Shown: in pieces, positions 25,058 to 36,916 of the stretch
Layout: each line of letters starts with the position of its first letter
How positions within the stretch are numbered: the first letter of the stretch is position 1
Source of the DNA: Octopus sinensis
Lineage: Eukaryota
DNA: 64,000 nucleotides
Assembly (NCBI RefSeq): GCF_006345805.1
Contig: NC_043000.1
Span: 161,882,001 to 161,946,000 of the forward strand
Direction: 5' to 3'
Notes under the pieces: generated by a model
Told to the model about the DNA's origin: nothing
Databases searched by the model: none
What the model saw: the letters and a program-made list of their open reading frames with translations, nothing else
Made by a program: the position numbers and the translations under genes

Positions 25058-25544
25058 ATACCATAGTCATCTATCTAATCCTCACAATCCGAATAGGAAT
25101 ACCCTGGTACAATTTGGAAGTTTGGTCTTATAAAAGAATGTTATCGTCTACAGCTTTCTTTTTCCACATGTCTTTTACTTCTGAATCCTTTACTTTCCCA
25201 TTGCAAGTTCATTAACAACTAGAATATGTTGAGGAAAAGATTTGCTATTCAAGCCCATCTGCTCGTTTCATTTTTTAGCCTGTACAAAATCAACCTGGCT
25301 CTCGTACATATTGAGTGGTTGACATTTATTTAGCTGATTCATTTACTGAATTTTGCTGAAAACGGTAAAACTCCAAGAATTTTGTTCCATTTTCAATCCT
25401 TGGATTATATCCAAAGAATGCATGCACACCAGGCTATCTGTCTTAGCATTCTTCTAAAGGACAGCTGTAATGACCATTTGTGATGTCAACATCCACATAG
25501 ACGTAGCCACTGGGTTCATACATCATGCGTATTTGTGAAACAAA

Positions 25545-25835
25545 CATCATCATCATCATCATCATTGTTTAACGTCTGTTTTCCATGCTAGCATGGGTTG
25601 GACGGTTCGACTGGGAATCTGGGAAGCCAGGAGGCTGCACCAGGCTCCAGTCTTATCTGGCAATGTTTCTACAGCTGGATGCCCTTCCTAATGCCAACCA
25701 CTCCGTGAGTGTAGTGGGTGCTTTTTACGTGCCACCTGCACAGGTGCCAGGCAAGGCTGGCAATGGCCACGGTCGGATTGGTGCATTTTACGTGCCACCT
25801 GCACGGAAACCAGTCAAGGCGGCACTGGCATCGAC
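25545..25835 (-). mobile_element. RTE 3'-tail element
   Basis: Family signature with (CAT)n tail and ~2 internal units. Confidence 0.8.
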
Positions 25836-26172
25836 CAAATATAAATGCTACCATATTGCCTATTTGTAGTCTGAGTCAATGTCTCTGCATGTGCATGTGT
25901 GTGTAGGTGTGCGTGTGTGTTTGTGTTCATTTGTCTTGACATTGTGCATTTGTATAAACAAGCAACACCATCATACAAACAGTGTTCTTCACTTCCAATC
26001 TTCCATGGAAGCATGTCAGGCCACAAAAAATATTACTTTGCCAAGTGAGGATTGGTGGCAAGAAGGGTATCCCACTGTATAAAAATCTATTTGACCAACT
26101 CAATCATCATAAAGTGGACATCAAAATGATGGTGGTGGTGATGATATACAGTGATGATATTCAACCATACGA

Positions 26173-27434
26173 TTAGGTCGTCAAGTATGAAATTTGTAGT
26201 AAGGTATATGGCAAACTTTGACAGCTGTTCATTTTGTGCTATTATTATATTTTGGCAATCTTAATTTTTTGTTAGAAATCTGACACATCTATTTCTTTAC
26301 TCTAACTCATTTTGCGCTTTATGAAGTATTTATAAATCGTTTTTTTGTTATTTTTGGATAAGTTGGAAATTCATGCAGTTTTGAAATATGAATTCTTCAT
26401 TGGAAATGCAGCATCAAAGATGGCTTGGAATATTAACGGAGTATTTCCTTCTAATGTACACAGCAGACAGTATCAAATTGATTTGCAAAATTTCGTTCTG
26501 GTAACTTTGGCCTCACTAATGAGCTATGTGGTCAATCAGAAAGAAAGGTGGATGATGATGAACTGAAAGCCACTGTTGAGTCAGATCCATCTCAAGGTGC
26601 CCGTGAATTATCATTGTTATTTGGTCTTAGCAAGTAAACAATATTGACTCACCTGGTTCAAATCAGTAAAGTGAAAAAGTTGGATAAGTGGGTTCCACAT
26701 GAACTCAATGAAAATCAGAAACAGCAACGTTTGGAAGTTGCATTATGCTACTTTCTCATCACAAAAATTATTCATTTTTGAATCGAATTGTAACATGTGA
26801 GGAAAAATGGATCCAATACAACAACCATAAACATTCAGCACAATGGTTAGATAAAGATGAGCCACCAAAATAGTCCAAAAGGTAAAATTCATCAAAAAAA
26901 GTTGATGGTGTGTGCTTGGTGGTCTGGTGCAAGTGTGTTATTCATTATGATTTCATTAAACCCGGCTCATCAATCACGGCAGAAGTATACTGCAGCCAAC
27001 TGGACCAAATGGTGCAGAAACTTACCAAAAACAGCCTAGATTAGCCAATAGATTCACTCCTATAGCAAGACAATGCCCGACCACACATCGCAAAAATGAC
27101 ATTGGCGAAACTACAGGAGTTGGTGTTGGAAGTCCATCATCCACCATACTCACCTGATCTTGCCCCCTCTGACTACCACTTCTTCCAGAATTTGGATAAC
27201 TTTTTGATAAGAAAAAAATTTAGTTCCGACAATGCTATAAAACAGGCCTTCCAAGATTTTATTGACTCTAGATTGCCAGGCTTCTACAGTTCCATGCTGG
27301 TCGAGCTACTGCAGAAATACCAAAAGTGTATTGACAATATGAGTACATACTTTGATGAATAAAACTATTCCTTTTATTTATAAAATATTAGCAAAATTTT
27401 TTCTTTTCTACAAATTTCATGCTTGACAACTTAA
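26173..27434 (+). mobile_element. Full-length but inactivated mariner transposon (cecropia/Hsmar1-like)
   Basis: 27-bp TIRs TTAGGTCGTCAAGTATGAAATTTGTAG / CTACAAATTTCATGCTTGACAACTTAA (24/27 match), TA at 27435; WVPHEL, IVTCEEKW, QDNARPH and HPPYSPDLAPSDYHFF motifs; frameshifts and stops; ORF relic ~26354-27362. Confidence 0.92.
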
Positions 27435-28079
27435 TAATAAAGGGTTAAATTGTCTATTTTAACAAACTATCCAGTCTCATCAATGGTAGGGGTTAATATT
27501 TGAGGTGTAACTGTAGCTTAGCATCACCCTACCTCTTATTTATGAAGAGCAGGGGATTGGCAGAATCATTAGAGCATTAGACAAAATGCTTTGTACTGTC
27601 TCTTCAAGTCGTTTATGTTCTGAGCTCAAATCCATCCAGGCTCAACTTTGTCTGTCATCCAATTGGACTAAACCCTTCTGCAATTTTCAGGTTTTGTACC
27701 TGTGTTAAGGGAGAGCTTTCATTTGTGGATACACAGTCTACAAATTTCTAGTGGTGATTAAAAAGTGTTGGACGCAATAAACAGTAACAAAATTGTAGAA
27801 AATACTTAAAATTATTCAAAATTACAACATACCAAAATTAAAAAGTTAATATTTTAATTGAATTTCATTTAGCTATGGTAGATGACAAATAAGCTTTATC
27901 TGATAGCACCATGGGGTAGATTTAGAAGTGATAACTTATGAGTTAGTGAAACTATAATGTTCTATTAGTTCTTGTTTCTGACTTGTGGAAGTCCGAGTTG
28001 ACTGAGGAGGGTCAAAACCAATGGCAGGTGGATTATCAATATCACCAAGCTTAACAGTTACAGCAGAGATGCTGTGGGA

Positions 28080-28960
28080 AATTAATCCGGTTTCAGTTGT
28101 TTACTGATGCTGCTTCTGGATAATTGTTGATAATGTTGTTGAATATCAGTTTCTGTTGATGAGTCAGTATACAAAAGGACATTATCATGAGACTCTTGTA
28201 CAAAGGAAAGTTTGGAGTCTTTTGGACAGTGTGTCATTTTTATCACCTTCCCTATCTCTGTTGCCACCAACTTCTTCCGCCATTTCTTCTTCCATTAATA
28301 TTTGATATCCAAAGTTCTCTCTAATTTCCAAACAGGTTTTGATAATGTCTTTGTGATATGTTTATTCTATCCTCTGAAATCTACAATAAAAACCTCTTGT
28401 CTCAAATCTTTCAAAACCATGGTCTATCACAACAGCATACATCATTTTTTACTTTTTAGAGGCTGTTTTGATTGCCTTCCTGAAATTGCAAAATTGAATC
28501 TTGCTGACTTGACATTATTGTTCTTGATGTTATTGAGCGGTCTTTTTCCTCAGGAGTCATCCCTTTTATTGTCCCCTTCTATCACCTTAAGAATTTATTC
28601 AAATATCTCCATTAGTATAATTATTTGTCAGCTTCCATAATATCTTGATCAATTGACTGAATTAACATAATGGTGGGTGGTAAGAACATACATATTATTT
28701 TCCCATCATTACTGACAAACTGATGGTCACCTCAGTAAGTAAGTGCATTGTCCAGATTTCATAGAATCTTCAACTCATCAGCAGAGAATTTGAGGGTATC
28801 TTCTTTGTATTTACACATTTCAAGAATGAAAGGCAAGAAAAGAACAGTTGTTAAAAATATGCTTGTTGTATCACAATTTCTTGCTATGATAATAATGCAT
28901 TGGTAGCTGGTACAGTATGTCTTTCAAAATTCGCATATGTCATCATTAACTTTAAAAGGT
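28080..28960 (-). mobile_element. Decayed Tigger/jerky-like (pogo DDE_1) transposase
   Basis: Minus strand LPMHYYHSKKL*YNKHIF..LDNALTY*..SNDGKIICMFLPPTIMLIQSIDQDI resembles LPVHYY..AW, LDNAPAHP and FLPPNTTSLIQPMDQGI. Confidence 0.7.
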
Positions 28961-29279
28961 GCATCTGTAATCATGCAACACAGTATGACGCATATTCCTT
29001 ACTTGATCTTCTCCTCCAGAGCAGATGCATCAGATGCATCAACAGTCAGCAAAAGATTGCTTACATATAAGAAGTTTGTATCATAATCTCAAGCTCCCAG
29101 ATTTGAACCTAACGTATATAGTAACTTGCACCAATGTCTTTTATCATAGCTTCAGATGGATCCTTTGCGAATAAAATTAGGTAAAGAGAAATAGTAAAAG
29201 CTATTAAGATGGACTCTGCCTGTTTCTGAGGAATATTAAGTCAATTACGTTATAAATGAATGAGTAAATAAGTTTGGTT

Positions 29280-29712
29280 GAAAATCGAAATCAAAATCAA
29301 AATCGATCAACATCAATGGAAATTGTAGCTGTAATACCAGTGCCGGTGGCATGTAAGAGAACCATCTGAACGTGGCTATTGCTAGCACCGCCCCGACTGG
29401 CTTCCGTGCCGGCGGCACATAAAAAGCACCATCCGATTGTGGCCATTACCAGCCTTGCCTGGCCTCTGTGCAGGTGGCACGTAAAAAGCACCATCCGATC
29501 GTGGTCGTTTGCCAGCCTAGCCTGGCTTCCGTGCCAGTGGCACATAAAAAGCACCCTCTACACTCTCGGAGTGGTTGGCATTAGGAAGGGCATCCAGCCA
29601 TAGAACCATTGCCAAATCAGACTGGGCCTGGTGCAGCCTTCGGGCTTCCCAGACCCCAGTTGAACCGTCCAACCCATGCTAGCATGGAAAGCGGATGCTA
29701 AACGATGATTAT
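29280..29712 (+). mobile_element. RTE 3'-tail element with 3-4 internal units
   Basis: High similarity to 36260-36900. Confidence 0.85.
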
Positions 29713-29959
29713 GAAACAACTGGAATATTTACCATTGAAACTGATAGTGATTCATTTTAATTAATAAGCATATATATATATATATGTATACATTTACATG
29801 TAGAAACTCATATACACATGATGGGGCTTCCACATTTTCTGTGAACCAAATTTCTTCACAAAACATGACTCATGGTTTCAGCTTTCAGTTCCATAGAACC
29901 TGAAACCATATTGTTATGAAGCTAATTTATTAACTATACTGTCATGTCTGCATCATCTT

Positions 29960-29994
<35 letters not shown>

Positions 29995-30899
29995 CTCTTG
30001 CTCTCTCTCTCTCTCTCTTTCATTCTTTCTTTTTCTCTTTCTCTCTCTCTCACTCACACACACACTCACATTCATATTAATGCCTGTTTTTGTGTCTCAT
30101 TCATCATCATCATCATCATCGTTTAACGTCCGCTTTCCATGCTAGCATGGGTTGGACAGTTCAACTGGGGTCTGGCATACAGAAATAATAAAATAGTCAA
30201 GCATTAATCGAAAGATTACTCAATATATTTATGTAGAGTATCATATTCTATCTTAACAAGGTAAAGATCGACAGTTTTGGCTCAATTATGTAATGTTTTT
30301 TTTGGTTTTCCAAGATTATATAATTCTTGCTTTATGTTGTGGGTGAAGCACAGTGGTTTCAAAGTATGTATAGGTTAATAGTGGGGTTTTTTGTGTCATA
30401 TAAAGTAACATCATTATTTTAATTGGGTAAGTAGAAATAAATTTTGGGGGGAAAGAACAAACAGTAGAATAAGGAGGAAGAGAAAAGTAAAGGGAGTAGT
30501 AAACATGTATGGAAGATACTGTTCTGGTTGAGTGCCTTTCTTTATTTCAAATTACATAGCTATCATCTGCTAAAATTAGTTATGTATAGTATAGGAAATT
30601 AAGAAATGTGTTTATATTCTTGTGTGGGTTCTCTCAAACATGTATGTAAACATAGGTGTTAGTGGTTAGATTTGTATGGCATGACAAGAAACATCAAGTT
30701 TTGTGGTTTGTGTTGAACGGTCAACCGATACAGGTATGTTTACGTCCACGTAACTTAGTGGTTCGGCAAAAGAGACCAATAGAATAAGTACTAGGCTTAC
30801 AAAGAATAAGTCCTGGGGTCGATTTGCTCAACTAAAGGCAGTGCTCCAGCATGGCCACAGTCAAATGACTGAAACAAGTAAAAGAGTAAAAGAGTTATA

Positions 30900-31005
30900 C
30901 TGTGGGTGAAGCGCAGGTTATTTACGGAGATTACACCATTGACACAAGCAAAATGTATAGTTGGGTGAAGAAGTTTAAAGAAGAGAGCATTGTCTATATA
31001 AAACA
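30900..31005 (+). mobile_element. Short mariner N-terminal HTH relic
   Basis: QVIYGDYTIDTSKMYSWVKKFKE resembles the mariner VYG..W.K.FK.G motif. Confidence 0.4.
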
Positions 31006-31769
31006 AAGCAGCTTTCCTGCATCCTAGTTTTGAATGACATCCTTTATTACTTCAATGACTCAACATCTAGAATATACAGGAGTGGTGAAAGAGGACACCC
31101 TCAATGGAACAACTATGTGGAATGACCAGTGAGCAGACGCTACTCTTCAGTGAAGCTATCCTGCTTATGAAATGAGAACAGAAGGAACAGAAGCTATTGT
31201 AGTAATAGTAGATAAGGTTATATAGCTACATGGCAGCCTTCTTACTTTCTCATCAGTAGTATTTTTAATTGTGTGAAACTAAATTCTGAAATACCAATTA
31301 AGTTTCCAGACACATCATTTAACATGCACCTACTTATATTTATTATGTTAATATAAATGACTCTTTATCTCAGTTTCATGCTGTCTCTTTTTCTGATAGA
31401 TATCTCAATTGCATTTTCATACGAAATCTTAATACTTTTAATTATAAGAATTCAATACTTTTTCTGTAGAAATGATAGACATATTAAAATTCAGTGTGCT
31501 TTGTTTCTAACCGAAAAGTTCAGTAGGAATCAATGGAAGTTTTTTTAACATTTTATGCTACAGAGTTAGCAACAGGATAATCTATATTTCCCAAACTCAT
31601 AAAATGAAAAGAAAGAATTATCATTTACCATTCATTTGCTTTAGTGATTTGTTGCATGTTTAATATCTTTTATTCATAGCTTTTTTTTTTATTACAAAAA
31701 TCTAATCAGCAACAGATTTCTAAAAAATAGCAGGAAAATAATTATGAATTTTCCTGTATTTTGTTCATC

Positions 31770-32028
31770 AGTATTATTATTATCATTATTATTATTATTA
31801 TCATTATTATTATTATTATTATTGAGTGAGAGAGCAGTGCATGCCATCAAAGTAACACTGGGGTAAAATATACAAAGCCCAGTATACCCATCATGACTAC
31901 CTGTCTGATAAGGGTACACTAGGGACATGCTCAACTGGTTAAGGTTAAACAACTGAGAAGTAAATCTGTGGCATTGAGCAGAATATTTGCTGTAGCCCTT
32001 CTTTTATACCAAGACAAAACAATGTACA

Positions 32029-32070
<42 letters not shown>

Positions 32071-32162
32071 CATTATTATGTTTTTTTCTTCTTCCTTAAA
32101 ATTTTCTTCCGTTTCTCACCGAGTGTTTTCCATACACCTAGGGCAGAGAAGCCCAATTATTA

Positions 32163-32209
<47 letters not shown>

Positions 32210-32210
32210 T
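31770..32210. repeat. (ATT)n microsatellites with embedded short repeat fragments (possibly R4/Dong-related tails)
   Basis: Three (ATT)n tracts separated by unique blocks; Dong elements are known to target TAA repeats, assignment tentative. Confidence 0.4.
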
Positions 32211-32830
32211 TTGGTGTCATTTGTTTTGTTGTGTTTCTAAATCAGTAATCAAGGGGTTCTTGATAATTCAATTGAATGTATTTCAATAGTAATATGGAAC
32301 AAGTGGGAATGCATATATCTTTTTGCTTTGATTTGATAACAAAATTTACTGTTTTGCAATAACTCAAAATTTCAGTGGAAACTTCTGGTTAGTTTTGCCA
32401 AATATTTCTTCATTGAGATGGTGAGCTATGAAGGTGCTCTCTTTTGCAAAGAATTTTTCTTCTAGAAACTGTAACTGGCACTTAAATTGCGATTCTGTGT
32501 TTCTAGTTAGTGTACCTAGAACTAATGATCGCAGGGAGATACTACATTTTAGAGATTAATCTTTCTCTAAGATAATAATGATTGACATATTTCTGCTGTG
32601 TTGGCATCTTCCTTAAACATTCAAATAATTTTTGTATCTTGTTTGAAAGACCATCAAACAGTATAGAATTTATTCCATATATTTTTTTATTCATTTTCTT
32701 TTTCTTTTTAATTTTCCCTGCCCACTTTTATGTTTGTATACTCATCAGTCCATTGTTGCAAATTATTTTCAATATCTAAATCTTTCAATGCTGTGACGCT
32801 CATCAACACATGCTACATATTATAGCTAAA

Positions 32831-33240
32831 TCTCTATATCTATAAACAGCAAAATGTCTGTGTATCTGTGTGTCCTTTATATAAATCCACAGTTTTTCAC
32901 GTAAAAGGCTCACATTTTCTATGGGCTTTCAAAACTGTCTTAGTGGTGTCGTGAAGATCTTTTCATTTCTCCAGTCACCCCAGAAAGCCATTAAAAAAAT
33001 CGATAAACCGACACCTTATGCCCATAAGTTATGGGCATATGGGCATTGCCGAAGTCCAATGAATATTAATTACTCTCATAAAAAGCTCCAACTTGCTCAT
33101 AAACAACTAAACTGGCCCAGGCTGAAATGTGATAAGAAACTTAGCTCTTGATTTAGAGAGAAATTTTTACTGTGACCCGGCAATGAGCAACAAGCACTAG
33201 CATAAGACCCGGCAATGCACAAACAGGTTACCCTGTAGCT
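32831..33240 (+). mobile_element. Possible non-autonomous Helitron-like element
   Basis: Starts TCTCTATATCTATAAA..TGTCTGTGT; duplicated GACCCGGCAATG near the 3' end; a similar 5' end TCTATATTAATAAATGTGAAA occurs at ~38275. Confidence 0.35.
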
Positions 33241-33479
33241 CACAAGGTGAAAGAGAGCCCACCTGACTGAAAGATTTGAAGTTAAAAACAATGGAAGAAA
33301 TAGTTTTATTGTTGTTTGAGGATGATGGTGGAGAGAGTAACAGATGGAACAATGTTGATGAGGAATAATGGATGAGACATGGAAAAGGGGAAGAGAAAAT
33401 GTAATACTTGAGTCAGTGGGAAAGTGGGGTAACAAAATAGCAAGGGTGATGGGATGGGTTGGCCAGTGTCTCCCAAATC

Positions 33480-34270
33480 ATATCATCTTCATCATCATTT
33501 AATGTCTGCTTTCCATGCTGGCATGGGTTAGACGGTTTGACTGAAACTGGTAACCTGGAGAGCTGCACCTGGTTCCAGTCTGACTTGGCAGAGTTTCTAC
33601 AGCTGGATGCCCTTCCTAATGCCAACCACTCCTAGAGAGTAATGGATGCTTTTTACATGCCACTAGCACAGGTGCCACTTATGTGATACCTGCATCGGCC
33701 ACAACTATGATTTCACCACCTTGCTTGATGAGTCTTCTCAATCATGGTAAATTACCAAAGGTCTCGGTCACTCATCACCTCTGTGAGGCCCAACATCCAA
33801 GGGTGTTTTTTATGTGCCACTGGCATAAGATACCTGTTGCATGACATGGCATCAGCCCCGATTATAGTTTCACTTGGCTTCATGGGTCTTCTCAACAATG
33901 GTATATCGCCGAAAGTTTCCGTCATTTGTCATTGCCTCTGTGAGGTCAAACATTCGAAGATCATGCTTCACCACCTGGTCCCATGTCTTTCACAGGTTCC
34001 TTTCACAGTTAGAGATCAGCATATTTTTACACAGCTGTTCTCTATATGCATCGCATAACCACACCCGCACACTCATCTCCCTTATACACTATGTCTGATG
34101 CCTTTTATGCCCAGCTTTTCTCTCAAGATGCTTACAGTTTGTTGTATATACACACTGACATTTTATATCCAACAAAGCATACAAGCTTCATTTCTTTCAA
34201 TTCTACACATATCCTCAGCAATCACAGCCCATGTTTCATGGCCATGAGCCAGTGCTCTTGCACATCATAT
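33480..34270 (-). mobile_element. RTE LINE 3' end (tail plus decayed ORF C-terminus)
   Basis: Tail signature at 33490-33665; KTWDQVVKHDLRMFDLTEAMTND-like remnant at ~33920-33990. Confidence 0.7.
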
Positions 34271-34336
34271 ATATATATTGTCCAACCCATGCTAGCATGG
34301 AAAACGGACATTAAACAGTGATGACGATGAGGATGA

Positions 34337-34386
<50 letters not shown>

Positions 34387-35642
34387 TCATCATCATCATT
34401 TTCCACCTGCTTTTCATGTCTGCATGGGTTGAATGGTTCCTCAGGAACTGAGTTATTTTTTATTGAAGTTATTCAAGTATATTGTTGATAGAGGGGGGTA
34501 AGATAGAGACTAATAGAGACAGTGTTAGGGAAATGGTCCGGGGAGAAAAAAATGCAACGTCAGATGAAGTGAGAGAAAGTCAGAAAGTGATATGAATGAT
34601 GGGGGTGGATTGAGCAGGAAATGCATTGCTACCCATGTTAGGAGAGGAGAAGAGGGGGTGCATGAAAGAGAAATAAGATGATGATGGATACAATGACAAA
34701 GATCCAGAGTATGTCCTCAAGGTAACATATCTAAAAGAGCATGGTAACAGAGGAATCGGGGAAGGTGAGAATGAGAGCAAGAGAGATATAAGTAGACTGG
34801 CACAGGTATGGCTATGTGGTTCATTAGTTCATTTCAAAACCGTATGGGTTAGGATTCATTACCACTGCATAGATATATTTGGCTGCTATCCTCTACTATA
34901 ATCACAGGTTGACCAATACATTGTAGGTGAGATTTAGTAGAAAGAAACTGGTAGAAGCCCATAGTATGTGTGTGTGTCTATATTTATGCATGTGTGTGTG
35001 TGTGCATGCATGTGTTTGGATATTGTCCTTGCCCAGACATAAGTATGTTAATTGTAAACAAAAGTCACTATCATACAAATGGTGTGAGTTGTTTACAATC
35101 CTCTAGAAAAGCATGTATGACTATTGAGCTGTTCCTTGTTTGAAGGACAGGACAAAACATCACCTTATTTGCAAACAGGTGAGGGTTGATGATAGGATAA
35201 GCTTTTGCCTGGAGAAAAATTTGCTTCAACATGAGCAAGAATTAAAATGATGATGATTATATATATGTATCATCTAAAATGTCTGTACTTTATTTCTTGT
35301 AAATTCTGTGGTTGCTTTAATTACCTCAAGATTAATTAAATTTGTTGTATTTTCATTAAAATTTAATTCTTGGATAGTCATAAAATTTTGATTCCATTTG
35401 ACTGAGTCTAAGGTCATTCCCTGCTGGATAAGTCTGTAGTAGAAGAAAATGACTTCAAAGTGCTTTTATTATTCTATTATCAGTTTGGAAGATGAGAAAC
35501 TCGTCACCTCTGCGGGACATAAATTTGAAATTTTATTGGACTCTGATGTATTGAATACATTTTTACACTTTATTGTATAAAAGAATATTTTCTTACTGTT
35601 TTAATTTTAAAATCTAAAAATTATTTAATTTCTTTTGCTTAG

Positions 35643-35776
35643 ATATTCCGCTGTGAGGAAGAGGGATGTCGTTATACTTGTATCCGTCGTATGAGTCTGA
35701 TTCAGCACAAGTCCAAGCATGTCAAGGAAAAGCAATATTCCTGTGAGTACTGTGGAAAAAGGATGAAAACAGCAGT
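35643..35776 (+). CDS. C2H2 zinc-finger gene, internal exon (first exon visible in window)
   Basis: Acceptor TTTTGCTTAG, donor GTAAGT; IFRCEEEGCRYTCIRRMSLIQHKSKHVKEKQYSCEYCGKRMKTA+GT; phase matches the next exon and completes finger 2. Confidence 0.9.
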
Positions 35777-36045
35777 GTAAGTATATCAGTAATGTTTCTA
35801 ATTATCTGTTATCATAGTATTCACTCTCTTTCCTTTTCACCCTCTTTTTTATTTATTTATGTTTAGTATCTTGCATTCTCTTTATTGCTGATGCTTCTTT
35901 CTGAACTCTTCTTTCAGATTTCAAACTTCAACTGTTATTTTCCCATTAATTCAATGATGATGTCTTATTTAGATTTTATTTATTTATTTTTATTTATTCG
36001 TTTTTTTTAAAATATTTATTGTACTATGTATCCATCAGTGCCGTA

Positions 36046-36883
36046 GTCAGTGCGGTGGGCACATGACAAACACCATCCGATCGTGGCCGTTCACCAGCCT
36101 CATCTGGCACCTGTGTCGGTGGCACATAAAAACACCATCCGAAGACCCGGCAAGACTAGTCAGGCCATAACCCATGGCCCCTACCTGGGACGTAGTCAGT
36201 CCACCTGTGCATACCTTCCTTCTTGTGACACTTGTGAAGACCTGTTGAGGCAAGTGAAAATCAAATCAAATCAAATCAAAACAAATCAAATAGATGAACA
36301 TCAATGGAATTGTATCTTTGTGGTACCAGTGCCGGTGGCACGTGGCACATAAGAAAAACCATCCGAACGTGGCCGTAGCCAGTACCGCATCGACTGGCCT
36401 CCGTGCTGTGGGCACGTAACAAGCACCATCCGATCGTGGCCGTTTGCCAGCCTCATCTGGCTCCTGTGTCGGTGGCACATAAAACACCATCCGAGCGTGG
36501 CCGTCTGCCAGCCTCGTCTGGCACCTGTGTCGGTGGCACATAAAAACACCATCCGAGCGTGGCCGTCTGCCAGCCTCGTCTGGCACCTGTGTCGGTGGCA
36601 CATAAAAAACACCATCCGAGCGTGGCCGTCTGCCAGCCTCGTCTGGCACCTGTGTCGGTGGCACATAAAAAACACCATCCGAGCGTGGCCGTTTGTCAGC
36701 CTCGTCTGGCACCTGTGTCGGTGGCACATAAAATCACCCACTACACTCTCGGAGTGGTTGGCGTTAGGAAGGGCATCCAGCTGTAGAAACACTGCCAGAT
36801 CTGACTGGACTGGTGCAGCTTTCGGGCTCCCCAGACCCCAGTTGAACCGTCCAACCCATGCTAGCATGGAAAGCGGACGTTAA

Positions 36884-36916
<33 letters not shown>
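36046..36916 (+). mobile_element. Young RTE 3'-tail element with expanded internal tandem array
   Basis: CpG-rich; GAAGACCCGGCAAG ORF-end remnant, (AAATC)n, internal units, tail CATGCTAGCATGGAAAGCGGACGTTAAA(TGA)n. Confidence 0.85.
36421..36729 (+). repeat. Tandem repeat, ~5 x 61-63 bp
   Basis: Unit AAAACACCATCCGAGCGTGGCCGTCTGCCAGCCTCGTCTGGCACCTGTGTCGGTGGCACAT, near-identical copies. Confidence 0.92.

Noticed and set aside
36421-36729. CRISPR-like regular array, and the repetitive ORFs across it
   Set aside because: Units are contiguous with no unique spacers, there are no cas genes, and it is part of a dispersed retroelement tail
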